In this document: in pieces, positions 27,337 to 37,623 of the stretch | Position numbering within the stretch: position 1 is the stretch's first letter | Layout: every line of letters begins with the position of its first letter | Program-made: the position numbers and the translations under genes | Assembly: GCF_964355755.1 (NCBI RefSeq) | Contig: NC_092674.1 | Coordinates: forward strand, 19,592,001 to 19,656,000 | Source: Antedon mediterranea | Taxonomy: Eukaryota > Animalia > Echinodermata | DNA: 64,000 nucleotides | Reading direction: 5' to 3' | The notes under the pieces: model-generated | The model's database searches: none | What the model saw: the letters and a program-made list of their open reading frames with translations, nothing else | What the model was told of the DNA's origin: nothing

Positions 27337-27660
27337 ATCATCATAGAGGATTATATTACCATATAATATGGTATCATGTAGGCCTACTGTAGTTTACATT
27401 ATAGCATCCGATTTCTTTTCTAGGGCTACCAGCCGATACGTACTGAACTGTATCAATACCACCTATTTACGTTGATTAATAATTAATTTCCTCAAATTGC
27501 TGTAAATAAATACAAATAGAGCTATAATAAGAATTGAATTTGCCTTCTTTCACACAAAGTGTGCTTTTTTCGGGAATTTCCCTAGGCGCGCGTACGTTCA
27601 CATTGAACTTGAACGCAAAACAAAATACCGAGTGAATGATCAAACAATCGGCGGTTAATC

Positions 27661-28636
27661 CGGCTCTAGGACACCTACCCCCTAGACAGTTACCCCCCGG
27701 ATGTTTACCACCCGGACAACTACCCCCTTAGGACAACTACCCCCCGGACAACTACTCCCCGGACAACTACCTTCTTAGGACAACTACCCCCTTAGGATAA
27801 CTACCCCCCGGGTAACTACCCCCCGGTCAACTACCCCCCGGTCAACTACCCCCGGTCAACTACCCCCCTGGTCAACTACCCCCCCCCCCCCCAATACAAA
27901 AGTAGACAAATATATAGGACCGGTTTCTGTAAAAATGAAATCATCTGTTTTTAACGGGTGTTTCGAAACTAGAGACCCGAGACCAGAGACCTGACACGAG
28001 ACCCAATACGAAAAGGGAGATCTATATTTGGGTCTCCCTTTTCGTATATTAGGGTCTCCCTTTTCGTATAGTGTAGTCTCTCTTTTCGTATAGTGGGGTC
28101 TCCCTTTTCTTATAGTGGGTCTCCCTTTTCGTATATTTAGGTCTCCCATTTCGTATATTTGGGTCTCCCTTTTCGTATATTTGGTCTCCCTTTTCGTATA
28201 TTTAGGTCTCCCTTTTCGTATATTAGGGTCTCCCTTTTCGTATAGTGGGGTCTCCCTTTTCGTATAGTGGGGTCTCCCTTTTCGTACGTGGGTCTCCCTT
28301 TTCGTATATTTAGGTCTCCCTTTTCGTATTGGGTCTCGGGTCTCTGGTCTCCGGTAGTTGTCCGCGGGGTAATTACCCGGGGGGGGGGGAATTGTCCGGG
28401 GGTAATTGTCCGGGGGAAAATTGTTCCTAGGGGTAATTGTCTGGGGGTAGTTGTCCAGTGGGTAGTTGTCCTAAGGGGGTAGTTGTCTTAAGGGGGTAGT
28501 TGTCCGGGGGGTATTTGTCCGGGGGGTAGTTGTCCTAAAGGGGTAGTTGTCCTAAGGGGGTAGTGGTCCAGGTGGTGGTTGTCCGGGGGGTAGTTTTCCG
28601 GGGGGTAAATGTCCAGGGGGTGAATATCCGGATACG
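27661..28636. mobile_element. Foldback-like element with inverted GGACAACTACCCCCC minisatellite arms
   Basis: C-rich ~15-17-bp repeats at 27668-27890 are mirrored by G-rich repeats at 28352-28630; 8-bp TSD GGTTAATC at 27653-27660 and 28637-28644. Confidence 0.8.
27972..28351. repeat. Inner ~19-21-bp minisatellite (GGGTCTCCCTTTTCGTATA) bounded by its own inverted repeat
   Basis: About 15 tandem copies, flanked by cgagacccaatacgaaaagggaga and tctcccttttcgtattgggtctcg. Confidence 0.8.
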
Positions 28637-29430
28637 GGTTAATCCATGTGTGTGAGGAGGAGGAAAAGCGGCGAATACGATCGTTTTGCTCATTGGTACC
28701 GTAGTGTGTCTTTTCCGACCAATTAGAGGTGCCATTTATCATGAATGTTATGTGCGAGAGTACCATTTCCGGCCATCTATGGGTGTCATTTAACAAAAGT
28801 CTCCCCCTCTGGGGGAGGGGAGCAATGTCCTAAATACTTAGTGTCCGAACCCCCCCCCCCCCCCCTTGACAGATCTTGGCTACGGCTCTACTAGGCCGGG
28901 AAGCTTACACAGGAAACCCTGCTGGCTATAGGCTAATGTATATCTAACACTCGGGAACGTGCGTAGGGCTGATACTTAATACAGTGTAGTCACGATTTAC
29001 ATCCGTCCTGTCCAATGTCATGCGTTGAAAGAGGCCACTACAAATTAAATCTCGTCGACAATGGTAGTACCCACTTTGAATGGCGTTTAAACATTTTAAC
29101 CTGCTGTTATGAACGTCAATGAATTTAACCATAGAGATATTATAGTGAACTATAATATCTCTATGATTTAACTCACTGATAAAAATCATTTCAAGTGATT
29201 ACAACCTTTTTTTTAAAATGTATAAATGTATGTAGTTTTATCATCTTTTTAAATTATTTGTAATGTTATTAATGTTTTGAGTTATTTTTCTTTTCTTTTT
29301 TTCTTATCTGTTAAAGTATTATTATTATTATTATGTTTTGTAAAGTGTATTTCAATAGAATGTGTATTGAAATAAATTTTGTTTTTAACAACAACAACGA
29401 CAATAAAATTTCATCTTTAGGCCTACTTGT

Positions 29431-29695
29431 TTACCTCCGCCAAAAGTTTGTTTGTTTGTTAGCAGGATTACTCAAAAAGTAATTACAAGATCTTTACCAA
29501 AATGAATATACAAATAGATATATGGTCAAGGACCATTCCATTAAATTTTGGGACCATTGTCCCAATTCTGGACCACTTTTTAGTATACTTTTCAGACCTG
29601 CTAGTGTTAAAAGATAGGACAGAATTTTTCAACAGCCGGCGAGCAGTCTTAAAGTACACAAGTATACTGAAATTGCATTTTCTCGAGAACTAGTT
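29431..29695 (+). mobile_element. Short Helentron/DINE-type non-autonomous element
   Basis: 5' ttacctccgccaa, then (GTTT)n and agcaggattactcaaaaa; 3' palindrome ttctcgagaa followed by CTAGTT. Confidence 0.55.
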
Positions 29696-29930
29696 GTCCA
29701 AAAAACTTCATTTTTGTACAAGAGGCAAGAGTTATAACTTGTGATTTGTAATTTTAAAACATAATTTGATTTAATGTGCACGTTTTTTTATGCCAGTAGT
29801 TTAAAAAACCTATTTTCTTTTCAAATTCACTCGTTTGATTTCGCGTTGCTGTTCTATTGTTAGTCAACTGAAAGTATTGTTAATTGAAAGGCTTGTTACA
29901 TAACCATTACACCAAACTCGCATACACATG

Positions 29931-31772
29931 CTTTTATTTTTTTTATTTTTTTTATTTATTACGGTATATATAAAATTACAAAAACAATAGCACATAGCTA
30001 ATAACGTTTGTATTACAATAAAAAATATTGAAATGAAATCTATAAAAACTACAATAATAAATTCGGAATATACAATTACAAAATTTCACAATTATTCACT
30101 AAAATTTAAAATATTAAGTATCTTAAAATATATACAAAATTTTGAAAAATACAATTGCACTTTTATTTTAAAAAAACGAAAAATTTACATTATAATATAC
30201 TAAAACCTATCTGCACTGTTCTTTATTTGATTATTATTATTATCTTTTAGTATAGGTGGCAACATTGCACAATTATTCACTAAAATATTCACAACATTAA
30301 AAATCTACAAAAATATATTAAATTTCGGAAAATAAAAGTTTACAGTATATATTAATATTAAACGTTGTCTGCAGTGCTCTTCATTTGATTATTTTAGGCG
30401 GTAATATTGCACAATCATTTATTATATATTTTTTTAATTTAATTTTTCACAGGAGGAATTTAATTTGTTTATAATATAGGGAATCGTTGAATTTTTATAT
30501 CGGTTAGTTTTTATTTTAGGTAATGTAAATCTATTGGGGTTACGTAATCTAGATATATTAGGTCTTTCAGCAGGCAGCATATTACGATGTCTCTCTGACT
30601 TAAAGATACCTTCTCCAAATTTTAATGTTAATTTTTCTCTACGTTCAGCAAGGCTGGTAATTTTAAGTTGAGTAAGGGCCGTATCATAGCTCTCATAGTC
30701 CTGGCCAAGTATAATTTTGCATGCTCGCTTTTGCAACCTCTCAATTTCATTGGTCTGATGCATACTCAGTCAGCGGCCGAATATAGAGTTGATAAATACT
30801 TAGCACTATATCCTCTCAATGCATAAAGAAGAAACATTCTTCTACTTGCTCTAGAGATAATACTTTTGATTTGGATATCCCAACCTAAATTGTCTTGTAG
30901 CTCAAGACCTAATAATTTCATACTATGTACAGTATCAATTTTTTCACCACTTATAGTAAATTGGGGGTAGTTTATTTGGGATTTCATTAAATTTATATTA
31001 ATAACATGGCACTTCGAAGGCTTGGGTAGCATGTCATTTTGTTTACACCAACAACTCAAAAAATCTAAATGGGATTGAAGTTCTGATGATGTACTATTAT
31101 TTTTTATATTAATTATTTCTCCCAGTGTTAGATCATCCACAAATTTCCAACGATTATCAGTGGTGTTACCCGCATCATTCACCATAACGGTAAATATGCT
31201 GGGTCCCAGTTTGGTACCCTGGGGGACCCCACACGTTATAGTTCTTAGTCCAGAACAATGTCCCTTAAATTTCATACACTGGGTGCGATTCATCAGAAAA
31301 CTGCTAATCGTTGGAATTATTGACGGTCTAACACCAGATTCTATCATCTTTGAAATAGCAACATTATGGTTTATCCTATCAAACGCAGTTGTGAAATCAA
31401 TTGTACATAATGTGGCGTAGGTCCCTGGCACATCAATATTGGATATAACCGTATTCAACATATCTACTAAGTAGTGTGTTGTACTAGTTCCTCTCACGTT
31501 ACCATACTGTTTACAATCCAATACTGGTTCGAAATCCGTTTTTAACCATCCCGCTAGGAATGATTCAAATACTCTACCCAATATTTTAGTTAGTGAAATA
31601 GGTCGTAATTGGCCAACCATTGTCGGTTTTTTAACTTTAGGTACTGGTACAATTGATGCGGTCTTCCACACAGTTGGAAACACCCCTTCGTTTAGACAGG
31701 TATTAAAGATTAAAATCAGGGGTTGTGCTATTTCAAAAGAAAACAGCTTAATGAGTTTCACCGGAATATCAG
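29931..31772 (-). mobile_element. 5'-truncated CR1/L2-group LINE (RT plus 3' UTR)
   Basis: ORF 30766-31761 has LRPISLT, QYG, IDFTTAFD, GVPQGTKLGP and KFVDD; ORF 30434-30763 has IERLQKRACKIILG; AT-rich UTR with an A-rich tail at ~29931-29960. Confidence 0.88.
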
Positions 31773-32193
31773 CTTGTAGTGAAATTAGCCTAAATCACAA
31801 ACAACATTAAGTTGTATATATATATATTTTTTTTTACCGGAGAAATCTTATGTAGGAGAATTTAAGCAGAAGGTCCGAGTTCGAGTCTCGGTTGGGGCGA
31901 CTTATTCTCATTCTCACAGATTTCCTCATCTTTATCGTTTAAAATTAATTAATTAAATTTCAGTATATCACCGGGCGGTTTAGAATTACTGTTCTTTGCC
32001 TGATTTGTTTATATATATATAAAAGTATCTCTTCGGAGATGCCGCCTCGTGAATAAAAATACTGAAAGATGAGGGCGTATCAGTTTGATCTCTGGTGCGC
32101 GTGCGTACAAATAAGGACTAGTGCTGTTTCGCCGTACCACGCCGAGAATGTTAATGAGTCGCTATCCAATCGAGTTTGAACAATACCATGAAA

Positions 32194-32265
32194 GCCCCAG
32201 TGGTGTAATGGTTAGGACAACTGCATATCAAGCAGAAGGTCCGAGTTCGAGTCACGGTTGGGGTG
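32194..32265 (+). pseudogene. tRNA-like sequence, anticodon position ATC
   Basis: Acceptor GCCCCAG/TTGGGGT, A box TGGTGTAATGG, anticodon stem CTGC/GCAG with loop ATATCAA, T arm CCGAG-TTCGAGT-CACGG, then a T run. Confidence 0.65.
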
Positions 32266-32553
32266 ACTTTTTCTCATTCTCACAGATTTCCTCATCTTTA
32301 TTGTTTCAAATTAATTAATTCAATTTCAGTATATCACCGGCCGGTTTAGAATTACTGTTCTTTGCCTGATTTGTTTATATAAAAGTATCTCTTCGGAGAT
32401 CCCGCCTCGTGAATAAAAATACTGAAAGATGAGAGCGTATCAATTTGATCTCTGGTGCGCGTGCGTAAAAATAAGGACTAGTGCTGTTCCGCCGTACCAC
32501 GCCGAGAATGTTAAAGAGTCGCTATTCAATCGAGTTTGAACAATACCATGAAA

Positions 32554-32625
32554 GCCCCAGTGGTCTAATGATTAGGACAACTGCATATCAAGCAGAAGGT
32601 CCGAGTTCGAGTCACGGTTGGGGTG
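32554..32625 (+). pseudogene. tRNA-like sequence, second family E copy
   Basis: Same as 32194-32265 with A-box substitutions. Confidence 0.6.
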
Positions 32626-32777
32626 TCTTTTTCTCACTCTCACAGATTTCCTCACCTTTATCGTTTCAAATTAATTATAAATCATACTGTAAATTATAGA
32701 AACAGTGCTCATATTCGGAACATGATCGAGCATAGCTCATTGGCGAAAGTTCCGTATTTTTTAGTTGTATGAAAAAA

Positions 32778-32849
32778 TGTCTCTGGCGGGATTCGAACCT
32801 GCAACCTCTCGCTTACAGGGCAAGTATCATACCACTAGACCACAGAGCC
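32778..32849 (-). pseudogene. tRNA-like sequence, anticodon position TGT (Thr), Pro-like D arm
   Basis: GGCTCTGTGGTCTAGTGGTATGATACTTGCCCTGTAAGCGAGAGGTTGCAGGTTCGAATCCCGCCAGAGACA followed by TTTTTT. Confidence 0.65.
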
Positions 32850-33025
32850 ATGTATGGTATTATCACAGATTTTCACCCACCAGATACATTCTCTCATACA
32901 ACAAAAGCCCTCACAATCAGTGGAGGCTTAACAAGTCAGAATAAATTCCAACTTTAATTCGCAACGGTTTTTTTAAATAATATTGTGTATATGTAAATCA
33001 ATGATATTGCGTAGCACTGTGTAAA

Positions 33026-34456
33026 TCTATATTATAAGTGAGAGAGTTTGTCTGTCTGTCTGTTTGTTTGTCTGTCTGTTTGTTTGTTTGTTCGTTATAC
33101 AAAATTTTGTTACTGCACATAATCTTACATATGGGGTATCAAAATGACCGCAATTGTACCGGGAATGTTCTAAGCTATATTTCAACATCATCCGCCACCT
33201 AGGATCCAAGTTAGGGACCAAAATGTGGTCAAAACCCCTACTTTCGATGTTTGTTCGTTATAAAAATGTCTGTTTCTGCACGTAACCATACGTATGGGGT
33301 ATCAAAATGATAGCAATTGTACCCGGAAGGTTTTAAACTACATTTCAAAAAAAATTCCCCCGACTCCTGGTTTTTTTTTGTGGGGGTGGGGGGGGGGGGT
33401 GATATCATTTTTTGCTAGGGCTGGGGGTTGTTGTAGGCTATCGAATTGTAAAATTAAACCACAAAAGTTTTACAGTATTTGAATTATCCTCAGCAAGGCG
33501 TTTGGGGAAATATAGATATAGATATACATATTTTATTCATTAACCAATATGACACCTATTCAATTACACATTTAGCAAAGTATTTAACCGTATCCAGCTA
33601 TGTATCAGTCACTTGGATTGTCTCATTACAGACATCTATTTCCTGTGTGAACATACACACGTTCTTTACTGTTACTGTGTACAACTACACACCATGCCTC
33701 CAAGGAAAAAACGTCCATTGTGGGAGAGTGGGGTTTGGGAGTTGGGGTTCAGGGGATAGTGGGGATTTTGCTTAGACCAGAATTGTGTTTGGAAATGTTA
33801 AAGTATTTAATTATCCCTGGGTAAGCGGCTGGGAGTTTGGGGTGGGGATGTAGGCCTATCACCATGACCGAAACTGTATTTGGAATGTTTTAAACTACAT
33901 TTGAAAACTGCCACTGAGGGATTATGGGTTGGGAGTGATAATAACATAATTTGTACTGGAACCGTCTTCAACACATCACCCAGTGTATCTGGGGTGTGTT
34001 TGTAGGGGGAGGAGGAAGAGCGAAAATACTGGCGTAATGAAGTAGCCTATATGCTTGGAATTGTACTAGGAAAAGTTACTATATTTGAACTGTCTAGGGG
34101 AGGAGTTAAGGTTTGTTGATTGTGACTGGTGGTGAGAGGAGAAAGAAGGCTGGGGGCCCGCAGTATCTAAATTAGATATTTTAATTATCAGCCAATATGA
34201 CACCTATTCATTTACACAATTTACAACGTACTTCAACCATTATTAGACCCATCATAGCTATGTATACTCCTCTCAATTTGAAGGTTACGTTGAATTGAAT
34301 TTGTCCATCACTGGGAAGAATTTGTTTTTAAAAAAGAGTATGGGGTGGTATTGAAGAAGGGTGGAGATTGGTGAGTATAGACATATACTGGCGTCGGGTG
34401 TTGAGAAGGCTTTAAACTAATTTTGAAACCCGCCCTGGGGCGGGTATAATTGCTAG
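33026..34456 (+). mobile_element. Canonical non-autonomous Helitron (Lep1-like architecture)
   Basis: A|TCTATATTATAAGTGAGAGAG plus (TGTC/TGTT)n; 3' GC hairpin acccgccc-tg-gggcgggt, then CTAG|T; no TSD. Confidence 0.88.
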
Positions 34457-34579
34457 TTATATATAAATCATACTGTAAATTATAGAAACAGTGCTCATAT
34501 TCGGAACATGATCTCATAATCGCGTCGAGCATAGCTCATTGGCGAAAGTTCCGTATTTTTTTTTAGTTGTATGAAAAAA

Positions 34580-34651
34580 TGTCTCTGGCGGGATTCGAAC
34601 CTGCAACCTCTCACTTACAGGGCGAGTATCATACCACTAGACCACAGATCC
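34580..34651 (-). pseudogene. tRNA-like sequence, second family D copy
   Basis: Near-copy of 32778-32849. Confidence 0.6.
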
Positions 34652-34774
34652 AAGTATGGTATTATCACAGATTTTCACCCACCAGATACATTCTCTCATA
34701 CAACAAACGCCCTCACAATCAGTGCAGGCTTAACAAGTCAGAGTAAATTCCAACTTTAATTCGCAACGGTTTTT

Positions 34775-35107
34775 TACTCGGGGTACCCGAGTCTAGTACT
34801 TACTCATTTTCTCCTTCTCCTCCATCTGGACACTATTGAGTAAAAAGTGCGATTTTTAAAGTACTACTCCTTCCTTATTAGTTGTAGTATTGAGCTGGGA
34901 TTTAGCATGAATATACTACAGGGACATGTCCTCAAATCTATAGAGCCGGATTTTTAGATTTCAATCCGGATGCAGCCATATGACGTCTCGAAAATGGTAC
35001 CATATAGCCGTATTTGGTAGGTTATTGATGTGTATGTGACGTCACATCCCGTCTTATGACGTCATTACAGCTTCTTTTGCTGCACCCCGAGTATCGCACA
35101 TTCGTGC
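34775..35107 (+). mobile_element. Helentron/DINE-type element, family C, short copy
   Basis: 5' palindrome actcggg-gta-cccgagt; subTIR tactcggggt / accccgagta; 3' hairpin gcac-attc-gtgc; T runs at both ends. Confidence 0.8.
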
Positions 35108-35374
35108 TTTTTACTCGGGGTACCCGAGTCTAGGACTTACTCATTTTCTCCTCCTCCATCTGGACACTATTGAGTAAAAAGTGCGATTTTTAAAGTACTA
35201 CTCCTCCATTATTAGTTGTAGTATTGAGCTGGGATTTGGCATGAATATACTACAGGGACATGTCCTCAAAGCTATAGAGCCGGATTTTTAATTTTTTGTT
35301 AATTAATTTGTTTAATTAAGAAGCCACAATGTGTGACACACACCACAGCGTTATGTAGTTATATGGTTATATGC

Positions 35375-35447
35375 GGCTTCTTGGCGTAGTGGTTATCACG
35401 TTTGCTTAACACGCAGAAGGTACCTGGTTCGAGCCCGGACGAAACCT
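35375..35447 (+). pseudogene. tRNA-Val(AAC)-derived sequence
   Basis: GGCTTCTTGGCGTAGTGGTTATCACGTTTGCTTAACACGCAGAAGGTACCTGGTTCGAGCCCGGACGAAACC plus TTTTT; A and B boxes intact, stem mismatches present. Confidence 0.8.
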
Positions 35448-35662
35448 TTTTGTTTAAACTTTATGGTGAAAAGTACTGTATACGCAATATGATAATTATA
35501 CACAGTATATCTTATTTTTATTATTTTTTTAAATACTTATTTTGTGTAATCGGTAATTATCACTTTTACACATGTTTATTTTTCTTTGTGCTTATTACCA
35601 TATTTATTTGTAATTTAAATGGATTAAAAAACTTTCTGTAACCCACATTTTTAGTGTAAGTG

Positions 35663-35734
35663 GGTTTCGTAGTGTAGTGATTGTCAAGTCTGCTTAACAC
35701 GCAGAAGGTCCCGGTTAGAACCCTGGCGAAACCT
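35663..35734 (+). pseudogene. tRNA-Val(AAC)-derived sequence
   Basis: GGTTTCGTAGTGTAGTGATTGTCAAGTCTGCTTAACACGCAGAAGGTCCCGGTTAGAACCCTGGCGAAACC; perfect acceptor stem, damaged B box. Confidence 0.75.
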
Positions 35735-35875
35735 ATTTTTCTTTAACTTTAACTGTATACGTCTATATACAGCTTCTTTCTCTGTACCCCGAGTATTGCA
35801 CATTCGTGCTTTTTAGGTTATATGCATGATATGCATATAACCTCTTGATTCTGTCAAAATCTTTATTTATTTATT

Positions 35876-35923
35876 AGGTTATATGCATGATATGCATATA
35901 ACCTCTTGATTCTGTCAGAATCT

Positions 35924-35962
<39 letters not shown>

Positions 35963-37313
35963 TTCTTTCCTTAGCACTATTTGTCCGTCAATTATCTTGA
36001 TATCAGTTTCATCTAACTAAGTCAATTTTTCAGAGTATATTCCTTATGGCCAGGAATCGATGTGGTTATGTTTTCACGGTGCGCAATCAAACATTACGCG
36101 GTCTACGCGCGATTTAACGAAATCACGTTTGTAATCATATCTTCACAAGCATGAATCACTTTTAAACAAAATTTGGTACTCATAAATTTCAGGTCATATT
36201 TCATCATATGGCAATACAATTACGTGCGTAGCGCATATAACGCATGCGTACGCGCGCTTAAAATGTTCAAAATTGTCAGAATATATTTTCGATGAAATTA
36301 GAGTACGTTTCAGGCAATTTTAAGCGTTTAAAAATTGCCATAAGTGCGCAGATTTTTGCACGCGCACTGCGCGTCAAACGTTATTGCGCACTGTTTTTGT
36401 CCGATTACTGTTGTATAACCTTTCTTTAACAATATCATCATATTGTATTAACTTTTCAAAGCCAAACAGCGTTATACGAGTACGTCAAAAGTGACAGGCT
36501 ACGCACGTGTAAGTTAACAAAATGGTGAAAATATGCTAAATTTTAAAATTAATATATATCGTTAGAATGCTCGGGAACACCGATTTTTTATTTCATTTTC
36601 TTGAAGTGTATGTATCATATGTATGATTTATTATCAAATAAAGAGAACAAAAGTTGATTAAGTCATCATTAATGGCATATTAAATTTACAAAAATTAATT
36701 TCGACAATCAAACAAATTATACAATTTTCTTAGGCCGAAATAACAAACTTAACATTAACTTTCTTCCTTAAGAAGTTCATATATTAAAGTTAAAAAGTAT
36801 ATAGTTTGACAGTGCATCATTTTTAAAAATCTTTAAAGATGTCATCTTAGTAAAACATTATAATTCATTACGGTATGTAATAATCTATCTGCACCAAAGT
36901 GGTTACTGCATAGTAAATACACGGAGGAATATTTCCATATTTTTTAGTCAGTTGTGTATGGCTCGGTGGTCTTTGCTCGTGTCTATAGCATTTAAGGTAC
37001 CGAGTTCGAGTCTCACCTTGGGAAACGAAACAAAATAAGATTTTTTTTTATTATCCGTATTGTTTGTTCAATTGTATTTCTTAGTGTATAGATTACACAA
37101 AATGTGGTTTATGACATTATATACGCAGAAGGATCTTTGATCGGATTATGATACCGGCTATTGTATTTGCGTTAGCAAGATCCTATCATATATTATAAAT
37201 AACTAAAGATTCTGAGAAAATCAATCAATCAAAATATCTTAAATCAATCAATTATCTTTATTTAAATCAATGCATATAACCTATAATTCGTCATAGTGAC
37301 GAATTAAATCTAG
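35876..37313 (+). mobile_element. Family A element, uninterrupted copy
   Basis: 5' palindrome aggttatatgcat-gat-atgcatataacct, (TTTA)n, body, 3' subTIR atgcatataacct, hairpin taattcgtca-tag-tgacgaatta, end CTAG; TT flanks. Confidence 0.9.
36952..37025 (+). promoter_or_regulatory. tRNA-like Pol III A/B-box module in family A (present in every complete A body)
   Basis: A box TGGCTCGGTGG (36959) and B-box/T-loop GAG-TTCGAGT-CTC (37002) at tRNA spacing; most other copies have GAGATCGAG. Confidence 0.55.
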
Positions 37314-37315
37314 TT

Positions 37316-37623
37316 AGGTTATATGCATGATATGCATATAACCTCTTGATTCTGTCAAAATCTTTATTTATTAGGTTATATGCATTATCATGCATATAAC
37401 CTCTTGATTCTGTCAAAATCTTTATTAGGTTATATGCATGATATGCATATAACCTCTTGATTCTGTCAAAATCTTTATTTATTTATTTATTAGGTTATAT
37501 GCATTATCATGCATATAACCTCTTGATTCTGTCAAAATCTTTATTTATTAGGTTATATGCATGATATGCATATAACCTCTTGATTCTGTCAAAATCTTTA
37601 TTTATTTATTTATTTATTTATTT
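37316..37623 (+). repeat. Stack of five family A 5' heads
   Basis: Five copies of aggttatatgcat(gat/tatc)atgcatataacctcttgattctgtcaaaatc separated by partial (TTTA)n; loop order GAT, TATC, GAT, TATC, GAT. Confidence 0.95.

Larger units (their letters stand above)
31864..32675 (+). repeat. ~360-bp tandem repeat (about 2.3 units), each unit with a tRNA-like module (family E)
   Basis: aagcagaaggtccgagttcgagtc at ~31864, 32230 and 32590; units are highly similar. Confidence 0.9.
32676..34774. repeat. Two ~300-bp direct-repeat units (family D; 32676-32973 and 34466-34774) separated by a Helitron insertion
   Basis: ataaatcatactgtaaattatagaaacagtgctc ... aattccaactttaattcgcaacggttttt occurs twice. 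Confidence 0.88.
35112..35809 (+). mobile_element. Helentron/DINE-type element, family C, long copy carrying two tRNA-Val-derived sequences
   Basis: Same ~175-bp 5' part and the same 3' end as the short copy; 12-bp subTIR tactcggggtac / gtaccccgagta. Confidence 0.82.

Noticed and set aside
27856-28796. Repetitive Pro/Gly/Arg-rich ORFs
   Set aside because: They are translations of minisatellites.
35375-35734. Functional tRNA-Val genes
   Set aside because: One copy has stem mismatches, the other a damaged D arm and B box, and both lie inside a mobile element; called tRNA-derived instead.
37316-37623. CRISPR-like array of palindromic ~48-bp repeats (also 52351-52575 and 59654-59930)
   Set aside because: The spacers are only TTTA or poly-T remnants, there are no cas genes, the context is eukaryotic, and the repeats are transposon 5' ends.
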